Shown here: piece after piece, positions 47,701-62,700 of the stretch | How positions within the stretch are numbered: position 1 is the stretch's first letter | How the letters are laid out: every line of letters starts with the position of its first letter | Assembly (NCBI GenBank): GCA_965644315.1 | Contig: CBFFRQ010000034.1 | Coordinates: forward strand, 62,001-126,000 | Length of the DNA stretch: 64,000 bases | From: Caecitellus pseudoparvulus | Lineage: Eukaryota; Protista; Bigyra: Bicosoecida | Direction: 5' to 3' | Notes under the pieces: generated by a model | What the model was told of the DNA's origin: nothing | Databases searched by the model: none | Seen by the model: only the letters and a program-made list of their open reading frames with translations | Made by a program: the position numbers and the translations under genes

Positions 47701-50700
47701 TCTTCGCGCTGGGCCCCGACACAGTCCGACGTATTGGGCAGCGCAAAGGCGGGGTCCACCACGGCAGTCCAGGTGGCAGCGAGGGAGTCCTCGAACGGCA
47801 TGTACTCCACATCCTGCAGCGGGTCAGCGCCCATGGACACGTTGCCGACACAGGGCTGGCCGTCGTCAATGGTGAAGCCGTCCGACAGCACCTCGGTGCA
47901 CAGCTTGGCAGGGTTGCAGGCGCGCACTGCAGCTCGGTAGCGCTTGGACACGTCAAAGGCGAGGCCGTCCACGAAGCCCTCCAGGGCGCTGCCCACGTCA
48001 GCCCACAGCGTCACTTGGTCCCTGTTCAGCCACTGCGCCGAGTCTTCCCCTGGCTGCTGCACCGACACCACAGGGTCAGTGCGGGATTCCGCGAACAGAG
48101 TCCACTCGTAGAACTCAATGCCGCTGTCAGAGTCCAGGAAGGGACTCCACCGCACTGTGACAGAGCTGGTTGCCGCGACAATGTAGTCCACGTCCACGCT
48201 GGAGGAGTTGCTGTTGGGCAGCTCCAGCACCTCGCCCTCGGCAGGTGGCGTGGCGTCCACCAGCGTGTGTGGAGATGCAGCGACCGACAACTTGCCTGAT
48301 GATGTGATGCCTGCCACGACGACGTGGTAGGAGCCTCCTTGGTGCAGGGGCAGTCCTGATGCAACAGCGACCAACTCTTCACCTGCCTGCACGCGGGTGA
48401 GCGGCAGCACGTCAAGCTCCGGCCATGGCTGCGCAGCACAGTCCATGATGGAGCTGGCAGCAGTGCAGGATGCGTCAAAGGATGCCAGCGCTGCGAGGGA
48501 ATCCAGACCTGCAGTGGAGACAACACCCCAGAAGTACCCAAGCATGTCTGCGTCAGGGTCAGCCCACGGCGTCCACCGGGCGCCCAGCACATGCAGCGAG
48601 GAGGAATGCAGCGAATGCTGCAGAGCAGTGAAGTTGGCGCTGTCCGAGGCGTTTGGCGACAGGAGCGGAGCTGGCACGTCAGATTGAGCAGCGACTTCAC
48701 CTGGCACAGGCGCCGACAGGTCCACCCGCAAGGCGCCACTGGACAGATCTGCAGTGAGACCTGCCCCGTTCTCCACTCGGAGAGTCACGTACACATCCAC
48801 AAAGGTGGGTTCGGCATTGTCCTGCAAGAAGCGCCGAAGCGAGGCAGGCACAGCCTCTGCATGGCCTTCCTGCACCAGACGCCGTCGGCGGTGCACAACG
48901 GTCAATGCCCTGCGCAGCGCAGTGTCGTGCTGGTCGCCCAGCTCAGTGGCCAGGAACGACCCGCGCTCAATGGCGTCGCGAGCCGTGTGGAACGGCAGGT
49001 GCACCCACTCCAGCACATCGCACTGGCCTGGCTCACTCCCAGCGCACCAAGACACGCCCACCACGCCACTGTGGGGGTCGCTCACACCCGCGAAGCGCAC
49101 TCGCACTCCTCTCAGGCTTGCCACTCGCACACTGCCGCCGTCGGCCAGCGTCTGCACCCAGTGGTCCGACACCATGTTCGTGGCATCCGAAGGCCAGCCT
49201 TGCATGGTCTGGGCGTCTGTCGTCGGCTCCAGGCGCACAGTCGGCGAGTCCAGGGAAGGAGCCGAGTCGTCCATGAGCCAGGAGCGCCCCGTGGAGGTGG
49301 ACGTCAGTCCTGCGCCGTCTGTGGCCCGCAGCACACACGCATACCGCATGCCGTTGGCCAGGTCCAGCCCAGCCACCTGAGCGTACCGTGCGGCACCAGC
49401 GCTGTACCACGTCGTGTTGCTACTGACAGTGCAGGCCTGCAGCGCATCGCCTGGGCAGATGGCCACCGAGTATGTCACTGGATGCGCCCCGACAGTGGAG
49501 TGCAGTGCTGGCCACATGCACACAACTCGGTTGCTCTGACTGTGGACCGCAGCTGGCTGCAGCTGGGCAAAGGGACTCTGCAGACGGAGCTGGGTGGCAT
49601 TGCTGCCCAGTTCCGGCACTGGGAACGGCAACACGTCGGGTGCCACTTCAGGGGGCGTCAGCGCAACTGTGGCGCCGTTCGACCACGCTGTAGACTTGGC
49701 TCCCTGAGGAGAAAGTGCAGTCACTGTCGCAAACAGGGTCTGCCCAGACCACGGATGCAGGTCCAGTCCAGTAACAGTCAGGCTTTCGACAGCCCCCGCA
49801 GCAACAGGGGCCTGGACGTCGCCCAGCCCTGGCGCCGTGCCCCACTGCACAGTGTACGCAATGTCCAGGTCAGCGTCGCCATCCACATGCTTCGCGGCCG
49901 TGTCTGCGGCAGTGAAGCCGCCCCAGCGGGCTGACAGGGTCGTCGCGCTGGTGTAGTACTGGGCATCCTCGAAGGCCACTCCGTCCTGCACGACGGCAGC
50001 TGCAGGCACCGGGCCAGCTGGCCGCACCAGCACTTCCGAGGCAGTGCTGGGCGTCTGCAGCCCAGCACCGTTCTCGCCGCGTACTGTGACAAAGGCAAAG
50101 GCTGCAGTGGAAAGTCCACGAGGCAAGGCTGACACATTCAGCTGTGCGTGCGAAAAGGTGTGCGAGTTCACGCTGGGGCCGAGGTTCACCCGGGGATACA
50201 CGTCACAGGCGCCAGGCACGGAGCCGACGCAGACATCGTACCCAGCAACACTGCTCTCGTCATCAGAGAAGCCATCCCACAGCACAGTCAGCGGTGCCCA
50301 CGTGGTGAGGGTCGCGCGCTCAACACCCATGGAGCGCAGGTACTCTCCTGCACCCGGTGTCTCCAGTGACGCGTTTGCATGCAGTGTACAAGAAGCAGGG
50401 TCCACCAACAGCTCACTCCAGTTGCCAGCACTGGCACTGACCATGTGGTCGCATGCAAATCGCAGTGCGTGAGGGACGACCGCCACTGTGCCCCCGCTAG
50501 GGGGTGTGTTGTCCACGACGAAGGAGGGGGAGGCGTGCACAGCCGAGACATGCCCCAGGCCATCCCGAGCCCGAACACGGGCGCTGTACGCGCTGCCAGC
50601 TTCAAACTCAAGGAGCTGAACAGAAATGGCCGTCTCCATGCCAACATCCAGCCACGGCAGGGGGCAGTCCTCCGCCTCTGCGCTGAAGTCGACGTCACTG

Positions 50701-53700
50701 CACACAGCCACTTCATGCCCCACAACACCGACACCTGGGCCGTCATCCGTGCTGAAGGCAATGCTGAGCGTCTCAGCTGAGGAAACTGCAGCAGTGCGCA
50801 CCCCCAGCGCTGTGTGGATGCTGGCCGACGTCTCAGAGCTCGTGGAGGTGGAGATGTCCGACACAGCGGGCGCCTGGGCATCCACACGGATGCCGTCCGA
50901 CGTCGCTGTGGCTTGCAGCCCCGCCCCGTCTGTGCCTGTGACAGACACAAACACCACTTGGCCATCTGCAATGCCCAAGCCAGCAGCTGCTGCTGACGTG
51001 GCAAGGCCCACTGAAGTCATGGGCAGCACATCACAGACGCCCTGGGCTGTGCCGATGCACCAGGCGTACTCGGCCATGGCCCCAGCCAGGTCGTCAAAGC
51101 CACTCCAAGCCGCTGCGATGCGGTCGCCCTGCGTTGTCCAGTCAACATCCTGCAGCTGCGCTGGAGTCAGGGTCAGCGCGTCACCTACAGCCACATGGCC
51201 TGGCAGATCCACCACGACCCCGGCAGTTGGCGCCAGGGAGTCCACAAAGCAGCCGTCAGAGTAAGCGGTGCTGCTCAGGCCTGCAGAGTTCTCGCCCGTC
51301 ACAGTCACGTAGAATGCGGACAAGGAGCGGGAGCCAGAGGCTGCACGTGCGGCATCATCAGCCTCCAGCGCGCTGGCGACGCCCTCTGCCACAGCCAGCT
51401 GCACGACTGTGCGCAAGCCTGTGCTAGTGCAAGGGACAATGTCATCCAGCCCAGGCGCGCTGCCTACACATGCGACATACTCCACCACAGGGCTCTCAGC
51501 GTCTTGCCACGGCGTCCAGTGAGCTGCGATGCTGCGCCACGAGCCCTGCACGCTGATGTCCGTGCTGACGCCAGAGGAAGACCCGGTCAAGTGCCCGGGC
51601 AGGCCGTCGGACACTGTCCCTGGTTCAGGCGGCGTCGTGTCCACGTGCAGCGGGGTGGAAGCAATGGTGCTGCTGTGCCCCACAGCATCTGTCGCCCTCA
51701 CGTACGCTGTGTAGGACACACCGCTCTGCAGAACGGTGCGAGGCAAGGCGAGAGATGAAGATGAAAGGAGTCCCCAGTCTTGCATGCAGCTTCGCTGCAA
51801 AGTAAGGCCACCGTCTTGGTTGCTGGTGAACTCCAGAGCGACTCGCCCTGCTCGAACAGCTGCACCACGTTTGATTGGCACGGTCTGGCACACAACTGCG
51901 TGAAGCGAAATGTTCCCAGCACTTGCATCAGTTGCCGATCCGGCCGTGGAAATGTCAAGGTGTGAGCCTGCGTCTGAAAGCTGCACGGTGAGCTGGCTGA
52001 CATCAGGAGGCGTTGTATCAACCTGCACGCAGGGTGCCTGAACCGCGCCACTTGTCGCTTGCAAAGAGTTCGATACAGTCAACTCGGCGCAGTACGTTCC
52101 ATCGCTGAGGGAAAGCCCCGAGACAGAAGCGCTTCCAGCAGACGCGAGAACGGTGATGCTGCCAACAGGTGCACTCGTTTCATCCACCCACTGAACTGAC
52201 ACGTCTGCTAGGGACGAGTGCGGCTCAAGAATCGTGGCCAGCTCCCAGCTTACGGCAAGGGCACTTGAGTCTGCCTGCACCCCAGCATTGACTCCTGCAG
52301 AGCTGCTACTGTAGACCTGCGCAGACGACACGTCGGGCGGCGACCGGTCGATTCGCAGGGGGTCTGAAGTTGCAGTCGTGTTCAGCCCAACGCCGTTCAC
52401 GACTGTGAGGGTGGCAAACAGCGCATCACCATCAGCGCCGACTCCAAAAGCTAAATCATGCTGCGCTGCCGAGCTCATGAGGGTCTTGGGCATGACGTTG
52501 TCTGAATCTGGGGCAGTGCCAATGTGAAGGAAGATGGCATGCACGTCACTTTCCTGGTCAGCGAAGCCCTCCCATGCAACAGCAAGATGGTTCGAAGCAG
52601 TTGCGAGCACAGGGTTGAACGTGGCGTCCGTCGTCCCTGCAGCCAGCACGCTCTCCCCGAAGAATACTCGGCCACTTATAGGGGGAGTTGAGTCGATGGT
52701 GAAGGCAACGCGCTCTTCGGATCGCAGGCCCGCGCCGTTCTCACAAGAAACCAGAGTGCTGACACTGGCCAAGCCCTGAGCCGCTCCCAAGCCAAGAGGG
52801 ATCGACAAAGTGCTGGACTTGTGCAATACCAACTGCTCTGATCCCAGCTGGGTTTGGTTCGCTGCCGTACCTGTGTGCAGGGAGCAGAAGGTCGGCGGGG
52901 TCTCGTCCTCCGCCACGGACAACTGCAACACAGCGGCAGACGCGTCCACGACAAAGGAATTCGCCAGGTCTGGGTTGCTGGAGTCCAGCACGGCGGTGTT
53001 CGTCAGGACCGGCGCAGTGGAATCATACGTTGCGCCGTCAGACAGGGCTACAACGCGCTCGCCCAGGGGGTTGCTGGTCACAACAGCTGCAAATACTTGG
53101 ACTCCCAGTGGGAATCCGGGACCCACCTGGTGAACTGCAAAGAGAGCATCATCCACGCTCTTGAGGTTTGTGACGGTGCAGTTGGGTTCCCCACTTGGAA
53201 GCAGTGCCACGGCGCGCGTGAGGCACCACTCGTACGTGAAGTCTCCAGTCTGGAAACGGCCATCTTGCGCAGCTCCCCATGTCAGGTGAACAAGGGTGTC
53301 ATGCAAGGCAGCAGTGTCAACTTCCTGCCCGGCTGGGCCGTCACTCACAGTCCCAGGCACGGTGACCGTTGTGCTGACTTTGCGTGGCCTGGAGCTGACG
53401 GGGGAAGTGGGCAGACCAACTCCGTTGGTGGCTGTGACAACTGCCCTCACTCGTGCACCGTCGAAGACTGTCACTGCTGGGCTTTCAGCCCGCAGAGCGC
53501 CCTGTGCGTCAACAGCAGCATCCACGGTTGCAATGACAACATCCGTCCCGGGCGGCACAGACTCTGCGTCCCACACAAACTGGACGCGGGCAGCAGCGAC
53601 ACCTGACTGTGCATCTGCGAAGGGCGTTGCTGCAACTGACAGTACAGCATCCGTTACGACGCCTGGCCACCCGCTCTGCGAGCTGAACCCAGTCGGGAAG

Positions 53701-56700
53701 GTGATGCGAGGGCGCAGCAGGCGTGCGCTGTCAGGAGAGACGACGGGTGGCGAAGTCTCCACAGCAACACCGTTGGAGCTGCGCTGACTGAGCAGGCCTG
53801 CGGTGTTGCGTACCTTGAATGTTGCGTAGTACGTGCCCTCTGGCAGGTCAGCGGAGGCTGTAAAGCTGCAGGTGAGCTGATCCTGACCAGCGGACAGAGC
53901 CAGGGGAATGACGGGTGAAGCGTCTGCTGCTCCAGGAGCAGTGCCGAAGAAGCACTCAACCGACTGGATCCCGGACTCGGAATCGATGGGGGCTTGCATG
54001 GTAGCGGCAAACTTCCGCACGCTGCGCTGAACGGCTGCATCGCCTCGAAGCGAAACCCCATCCACAACGGGCCCCAGCACGGGAGGCGTGAAGTCCACGA
54101 GAACGCCGTCGCTCCAGTGCACACTAGTAAGGCCTTGCCTGTTAGTTGCACGCACGGCAATCCTGTAATTCCCCGTGGTGAGCACTTCCACCGCTCCGCA
54201 CTCGGCACTTGGGCTGATGGACAACCAGCTTGCTGGTTGCGTCCAATGGCTGCCGTTCAAGCGAGAGAAGCCGAGTTCAACAGCAGTTATAGTGGAGGCG
54301 TCTTCACTGCAGCTCCAGCACACCCCCAGCAGGCCTTGCTGCGCCCACATATCAACGTCTTGCCCTGGCACGGGCCCGTCCGTCGGAGTCTGGCAGGTAG
54401 GGGGTGTCACGTCAACCGTGACTCCAGACGTCGCAATTTCTGTGCTCAAACCAGCCTTGTTAGTGGCCTTGAACTCGACCTTCAGCTGTGCTCCCTGTGA
54501 TGCAGGTGGCATGGGCAGTGTGATGCCAGCTGCTGGGTCCCCTTCAACTGCAGTCCACGCGGTCACTGGCGACACAGCGCCTCCAGCCAAGGTCTCAACC
54601 ACGCGGGCATCAACGCCAGCAATGTTTGTCTCGCCATCAACAAAGGATGCCGTGGCACTCAAGTGGGTGGCGTTGGAGGTGAACTGCACATCCTCAGCCC
54701 CTACTCCATCCCGTGGCTCGAACAGCGACAGGGGGGGCGTCGAGTCCACGATGACGCCGTCTGAGGTGCAGACGCCCACGCTGCCCGCACCATTCGTGAC
54801 AACGACCACCGTGTACAGCTTCTCACCAGAGGGCAGCAGCACCCCCTGCTCCATGAAGTGGGCAGCTTCCCGAGCACTGGCGGGAGCGTCTTGCAGAGGC
54901 AGGAAGTCATCTGCCCCTTGCAGACGCCCGATGCCGTACTGCACACGCGCGACGCCGGACTCGGGGTCGGTAGCCGACCACTGCAGCCAGGGAAGGAAGG
55001 AAGAGGTGAAGTCCTCGTCAACGCCCTTCACAGGGCCGTCCCATGCGAAACACGAGGGGGGCGTGGTGTCCACACTCACCGGCACGGTGGATACTGCGTG
55101 GGACATGCCGATGCCGTTCACGGCTCGCACGAGTCCGTACACTGTCTGCCCATGCGCCAGATCCAGCCCCACCATGGCGGCCTGGGTGGACAGCGTGCCG
55201 CGTGTGAAGAACACGATGTCAGCTGCTTCTGGCGTGGAGCCCAGCCCCACATCGTACCGCACAATGCCAGTCTGGTTGTCCGCGAAGCCCGCCCAGTGCA
55301 GGGTGAAGGTGGACGTGCTGGAGATGAAGGTGCCTGAGGCTGGTGCGGCACCTGCCAGACCCAGACGGGCCCAGGCAGCGCCATCCACAGGCCCCGTATC
55401 GTCGATGAAAATACCGTTGCTCCAGACACTGGTGGCCTGGCCTGCCTCGTCCACGGCCGTGACGCGCGTGAAATACGTCTGCTGTGGGGTGAGCGGGTCG
55501 TCTTGCAGGTCCAGCACCGTCCACTCTAGCAGCCCGACACTGTGGTCGGGCACGACGTCACAGGGGCCGTCCGCGGCGGTGGCAGCGCAGACACGGTAGT
55601 CCACGATGGAACTCTCCAAGTCCAGGAAGTTGGCCCAGCTGATGACCAGCACCTCCGTCATGCTCTGTGCGACAGCGTCTGCGGCGCCAGGCATGCCGTC
55701 CGTCACAATGCCCGGCAGGGGGGGGCGGGTGTCAATGAGGATCGTGCTGGGCACATCTACAATGCGCACCCCGCTGGCTTCGTTGTCACAGCGAATGTGC
55801 GCGTGCAGGGTGCCAGACTCAGGCAAGCTAGCGCCAGATACCGTGATCCAGTGTGTGCTAGATCGGGCCTGAGCTGCGGTTGGCAGTCGAGTTCGCAGCT
55901 GCAGTGCAGCAGACAGCGTGTCAGCGAATATACTCCCAAAGCCCGGGTGGTGCACGCGCGGAGGCAAGCTCACAGACCCATCGGCGTATTGGTTCGCCCC
56001 CACAGGTGCAGGTAGCTGGCCTGGGAACAGCACAGCATTGTCTACAATGTCTGTGCCGCGGTAGTATGTTCCGATAGATGCTCTACAGAGCAAGTTGGCA
56101 CTCTCCAGCTCCTCAGCGGTCCAAGTCAGAACCACCACATCGCTGCGGTCGACGACGGTGCGCCGACCGAAGGAGCTGTTTGTGAACAGTGCCAGGCCCT
56201 TGATATCCGGGGGTGTAGTGTCAATCGCGAAGCCAGGACTCCGGCTGGTTTGAGAGAGCTGGGCCGCGTTGATGCTTTGCACTGCGAAGCGATACTTGCC
56301 ACCTTGCAGCAAAGACTGGAAGGTAGGGAGAGAAGCTTCGTATGTCGTTGATGCTTGGGAGTTCGGAAGGGCGTAAACCGGCGTGACTCGCTCGCTTGTG
56401 GCGGCGTCCTCACCCCAAATGCGGTACTGAACAATGTCTGATTCGGCATCTGCTGCGGCCTGCCAAGTGCCGTGAAGCACGTTGGGCTCGTCCTGGAAGG
56501 TGAGCTGGAGAGAGGCAGCAGCCGGGTCAACGTTGGGAATGCCGCCTGCGCGGGAGTTGCCGTCTGCCACGGACGTGGAAGCTGGCGGGGTGGTGTCGAT
56601 GACGACGCCGGACGTGGACATCCAAGACACCAATCCTGCCAAGTTCGTGGCCTTGATCGTAGTGAAATAGCTGTGGCCGTGCTGTAGGGGCTGGGTCAAA

Positions 56701-59700
56701 TTCGACCAGCTCCACTCTGTTGTTGTGCGTGGGAGGCGGACGGGCCCCGCCAGGTCGTGGAAGGACGGCCCGTCCAGGCTCGCAGCACACTCTCCTGAGT
56801 CCACTAGCCTGGCCACTGTCGCCCGGCGAACCTTGTCACCGTCGAGAATCTCGGGGGAAATATCCCCTCGCTCATACCCGGCAACATCCGCACACTGCTC
56901 CACAGCGGCCGAAAAAGGCGCTCTTCCCAGGAACACTTCGAAGTGGGCGACAAAAGAGTCGGCGTCGAAGAAGCCAGCCGCCCAGCGACTGTGGATGCCG
57001 GCGGTGCTGGCCTGCGCAGCCACATCCACCCGGGGATTGCACAGGGTGGTCGTAAAGTTGCAGTCCAAGAAGCGGTACGGGCGGTCGGTCAGAGGCGGCG
57101 TGGTGTCAACCATTAGCCCGTCGCCCACCATCCACTCCTCTGCCCTGGCGCCGTTGCGCACTCGGACAGTGACAAAGGCCGGCATTTGAGCCTGCAGGTT
57201 GACGTTGCGTAGGACAACTTCTTGCTGGTTTCGTTTGGGCAGGGTCTGCCAGGGGAGGATGTCGGCGCCACCCGGGGTGATGCCCACTCCCACCAAGATC
57301 TCCTCCACGCCTGACGTCTCATCCCACGACTGCCATGCAGCGTGCAGGATGGCCCCAGAAGACGTGAAGTCTAGCTCCTGGGACAGGTACTCGGACGGCA
57401 GCAACGGGGCCTGTGTTCGGAAAGGATCGGCCGATGCCGGGTTACGCACAATGTCCGCGTAGTCGACGTCGGGGTCAACCTTCAACTCCCGTACGTTGAG
57501 AACACTTGCGCGCGTGGCGTCCACAATGAAGCCATTGGAGAAAGCTTCATCCCGCACACCTGCGACGTTGGCGGAGATGATGCTCCACCTGTACTCTGTC
57601 TCGTGCTGCAACATGCCGTCAAGCGGCAGTGTGTACGCCCAAGACCTGGAAGTGCCCAAGTGCACATGCCGGCTCTCTCCGACGCGCGCAGGCACCATCA
57701 TTCGGGATGGCTCGACTTCCTCGAGGTTGACCCAGTAGTCAGTGACTTCTGAGCCTTCGCGGTCAACGAAGGACTGGAAGGTCACCGCGATGCGCTGTCT
57801 GGACGGCCAGAACGTCACATCTTCCCGCTCGCCCCAGCCCAGCGTGCCGCCGCTCTCGGAGATGATGCGGGGCAAGGCGGGGGTGTGGTCCACAAACAGA
57901 GCATGGCTTGTAAACACTGCCTGCAAGCCCAAGCTGTTTGTGCTTTCCACATTTACCCAGTAGTATACGCCGTGCTGCAAGTCCAAGCCACCCGCTTCTG
58001 CGAAGTACCAGTCCGCGGACTTGCTGGCCATGAGGTCTTGCGAGCCAGTGTCAGCCCACGGCAGCACGTCATCCACGCCTTCCTGCGTACCGATGGAGAA
58101 CCGGACCTGGGAGATCTCTGCGTGCTCAGCAGGCTCCACGACTTTGAAGCGGATGGACAACACATCAGTGGCATTGATGACTTGGAAGTCGCCGTAGTTC
58201 AAGTACTGCCCTGTCGCCGCGTTCTTCACTTGGATATCCAGCACTTGAGGAGCGCTAGCATCGCAGACAAAGGGCACAGAGATGCCCGATGCAAGCCCTT
58301 CCACGTTTGCTGCAACGACGCTGACAAAAGCTGGTGCGTCTTCACCTGGGCAGTCCACGCCATTGAAGGTGAAAGTTGTGATGTCTTCATCATCGAAGTA
58401 CTCGGCAATGTCCTGCATCATGGGAGTTTTTCCCAGCGCAACAGAGAACTGCCGGACATAGTTCTCATCGTCATAGAAGCCCCCAAACTCCGTCACAACT
58501 GTCGTAGCATCCACTTGCAGAGCCGAAGCGTAGGCTGCGTCAATTTCAGGTGGAGTCGTGTCAGGGGGCAAGTTGCAGATCTTGAACAGCTCGGTGGTGT
58601 GCCACGCGTCGCCATATGGCTTGTAGCTGGCAATCTCAAAAGTCTTCTCTGCGCACATGACGAGGCTGCACTTCGGCAGCTTGATTGTGGCGAAGCCGAT
58701 CTTGATGCGGATGGGGCAGCAGGTGCACTTGATGCAGAGACGGAAGGCAAAGTATGCCTCAATAGTAATGGAGGGGTAGATGATGGCAAGATCCATGCTG
58801 AGACACAGGCGCACCGCCCCCCCCGGGGTAATGCCGAATGAAGCGGTGGGAATGATGCCAAGCGAGAACAGGCGCACAACTGCTCGCACGCCGGCATACC
58901 CCAGTCCGACATCAATTTGGATCGCAGCAGAGAAGAAGGGGGTCACAATGGGCACTAATGATGCAGCCAAGAGTTTCTCCTGCAGCAGAAGGGAGATGAC
59001 GAGGTCCACCTTGACCTCCACACCGGCATCGACGATGAGGAAGAGCGGGACGATGGGAACAGGAATGGGGTGCTTGAGGTGGAAAAAAAGGAAGGAACCT
59101 TCCATGAGCACCGACGTTTCTTGGATGCCCGCGTCAAACTTCGGATCCAGAGCACCAACCTTTGGGGCTTCTGGCGTCAGGCTGGTGACCCCGCCAGGCT
59201 GCCCCACCTGCAGCTCCCGGGACTCGGTCAGGTGCACTGAAGGCTTGTTCAAAGCATCTGCAGCACCCAACAAACCTGGCTCCATCACGTGCGCCATTCG
59301 CACTCGCAGCTCGCGGCCATCCTCCGTCACGATCGTGACTGCTGGCAGAGAACCCTCTGTGCGGCCAGCATGCACCAGTTCAGCTGGAAGAGCAAGGTGC
59401 TCGACGTGGGGCGCCTCTCCAGCCTGCAGACTGCGCCTGTAAGGACTGACAGCGTGTGCCCGCCCCTCTTCGGCCAGGCGCCGGTTGAAGCTGTACTTGG
59501 GCCGCTGAGACACCTCCTTGCAGTAGTCCCCACCAACTGGCAGCAGGCAGCGAGGACCAATGTGAGAAAACAGCATGAACGGGGGCTTGTGCTGGCGCAC
59601 CTTGAAGTACAGGATGTTCTCAGTGAACTGTGGGTTCACATTTCGCACCACAGGCAAGCCCAGTTTGTACACGCTGTCGTCCCGCAGCGCCCCGATCCGC

Positions 59701-62700
59701 TGCACCTGGTCGTACACATGGCTGGATCCAGACGACGTGAGGACAAGCAGGAAGGTCACATCCGTACCATCGTACATAGAGATGGACTCCATGCCTGCCG
59801 GCCCTCGCATCTTTAGTGTGGACGTCCCCAGGGACTGCTTGGACGACTGCCCCTTGGTGGGGGCTGTCTTGGAGGGCTTGGCATTGGGAGTGCGCTGGGC
59901 CGTGGAACCCTTGGTCTTTGACTGCCTGCGTTTCTTGAGCTTGTCAGGCTCTGGTGGCTGCACGAGCTTGTAGTGCTTTGCAGTCAACTGCTTGGAGGTA
60001 TCCAGGGACAACACCTTGCCCAGCACGATGCCGTCCTGGAAGGGCAGCAGTGTCGTGCCATCTGCCAGAGTGTGGAAGTCAAGAGCGCACGTGCTGCCAT
60101 CACGAGTGTAGGTGCACCGGTTCACACCAAGATTCTTGAAGCCCAACTGGTCGTACACAATGAGACCCTTGATGCGGGCACCAGCACTGACAACCAAGTT
60201 TGGAGCAAGCACCTCCGTCTCCTCCACGGTGGTGGTCAGCGAGAAGTCTAGCCCACGTGGCATGCCGTTCAAACCGACCGTGTACCCAACCACCCAGCCC
60301 TTGTTGCACTTGCGCCAGTAGTTGTCCTCGCCATACTCGTCATTGCTCGGGCGCCTTGCAGTAGAACCGTGAGAGAACGGCCCGTATGGACCATGCGCAC
60401 AGGCAGACGAGTCGTACTCATGCGAAACTGTGTGGTGAGCCGCTACATCCATAGTGTACGTGAAGTAGTTCTCCTGGCTCTCTTCATCGGCAGTGCGGGC
60501 GGGAGGGTCCTTGGCGTCCTCAGTATCTCCTTCAGCAGGGGGTGGCGTGCGTCCAGAAAGGCGCATGCGTGTGCTGGACCGCTGGCGGGGCTTGGCAGGC
60601 GGCTTGGGGGCAAACTTGGGCTGCTTCGCGTCTCCCGGCTCGTAATACTCCCCGACCCACAGAATGCCTTCCGCATCGAATGACTCCCTGTCATAGAACA
60701 GCGAGTTGGCTTTCACGTCCACCTCGATCTGCTCGCGCTTCGCGACAAGCTCCGCGAAGAGCGTCGAGTCGTCGCTGACCAAATCCATCAACTCGCTGTA
60801 GTCGAACGGCACGATGTGGTTCTCACGCGCTGTTGACGGCAGGAACTTGCGCTCCACATCTGCTGCGGACCAGTCCGGCTTGTCAGAGCAGGTCCACAGA
60901 ATGTCGTGGTCGGGGTCGATGGCGATGTCTGCCACGGAGCCCGTGTATGGTTCCTCCTCGGACGTCAGCAGGGAGACCACTTTCAGGATCTCCTCATCGT
61001 CATTCATGACAACGAGGATGCTGGCGGCGCCTTCGTTGGCCCCCACGCCGTAATACGACATGATGAAGCGCCGGTAGTCGATGGCCTCCACGCCCTGGGG
61101 CATCCAGTCCTCGAACAGCCCAGGCACAGTGTACCGCCACTTGTCGTCGCGGCAAGGGTACCCGAAGATCTGGCACGAGCCAAAGGCAGGTGGGAAGTTC
61201 TGGTACCAGAAGTGCGTCATCTTGACGGCCATCAGGCCCGAGTACGTTTCGGCTCGCCGCTTGACGGTGTGAATGCAAGGCACGAACTCCTCGCACGGGG
61301 GCTCCAGTGCCTCAGGGTCCACCTCCCCTTCAGGGGTGCCGTTTCCGAGAAGTCGGCGCGCCTTGGCAACATAGCGTTGAATGATGTCAGCATAGCTCTC
61401 GACCTTGTCGCGCACAGGCCGCACTCGGTCAACGACGCTTGTGGCGCCCTGCAGCACTTCCAGGGCAAGCTCCGGGATGCGGATGAACTTGTCTCGGGCA
61501 AGCAAGGCAAGCTTCTTCGAGAAGCCCCTGGCAAAGTCCACGACGTCATTAAGCTTCGTGATGACGCCTGAGCGGAACTTCTTAAAGTACTCCAGTGCTA
61601 GGCGGACGGGGGACAGGACGAAGTCTGTCACCTGCTTGATGCGCGCAGCCACCCACGCGCCTGGGTTGAAAGTCTGCAGGGCTGTGATGACTGTGCGGAC
61701 GCCCTTGGAAATGGGGCTCAGGAAGTCGCTGACTTTGTACACCAAGTCCCGCACGAACTCCGTGCCGGACACGACAAGGTTGGCGAACTTCAGCGCAAAG
61801 CCGCTCACACGAGCGAGGACTGACCGCACGCTCAGAGACCTGGGCGCGAGGGGCAGGGACAAGTGCCGCCCATGCTGCTGCACCACCCCTTCAAGACGGC
61901 GGGTGCCAGCTAGTGGATCGAACAGCATCTTCACGCTGCGCACCACCGTCGCGCCAGCTTGGAGCAAGGCGTCCTTGGCTCCGAAGATAGCCTGACTGAG
62001 CGCCTTCCCCTCGTTCTTCATCAGCTTGATGAAGTCCTGCACGCCCTTGACGCCGTCAGCGTAGACGCCTGCCTCACCAATGAGGGTGTCCATGGTTGCC
62101 TTGAGCACTGCCTTGATACACACGCTGCCTGTCATGCAGGCTTGCAAGTCGAAAGTGTTGACCAGGGCCGGCAGGCGCTCCTTCAGCTGAGCGATCACTT
62201 CAGCGTGCTTCTCCGTGTCTGCCAGCATGTTGCGAGCATTCTCCGCCGCGTCAAACAGCGTCACAGCGCTGTTCACACTGCTGGAAATGGCGACTGGCAC
62301 GGCCTTGACAGCCTGCAACGCCGCGGCGACGTCGGAAAACACCTTCACCACGGCCTTGCGCGCGTCCAGGAAGTCAATGGCGTCCTGGCCGTAGTCCAAC
62401 AGCTCCCGGACGCTGCGCGCCACCCGGGCAACAAACTCGAAGACGCCAGCCAGCTTGTCAAGGATGTAGGAGAGGAGTTTGCTGCTGGTCTCTTCCAGGA
62501 ACGCCTGCCCCTTGTCCAGCAGCCTGGAGATGGTGTCGGGGACAAAGTTGGCGAAGGAGACGGCGTAGCTTCGCAGGACCTCCACCCACGAGCTGATGAG
62601 GCCCTCCAGACGGTCAATGAGGCCCTGCACCAGCCCGCGAATCATGTCCACGACCGCGCTGGCATCCACCATCTTTGATGCCACCTGCTGCACCTTTCGA

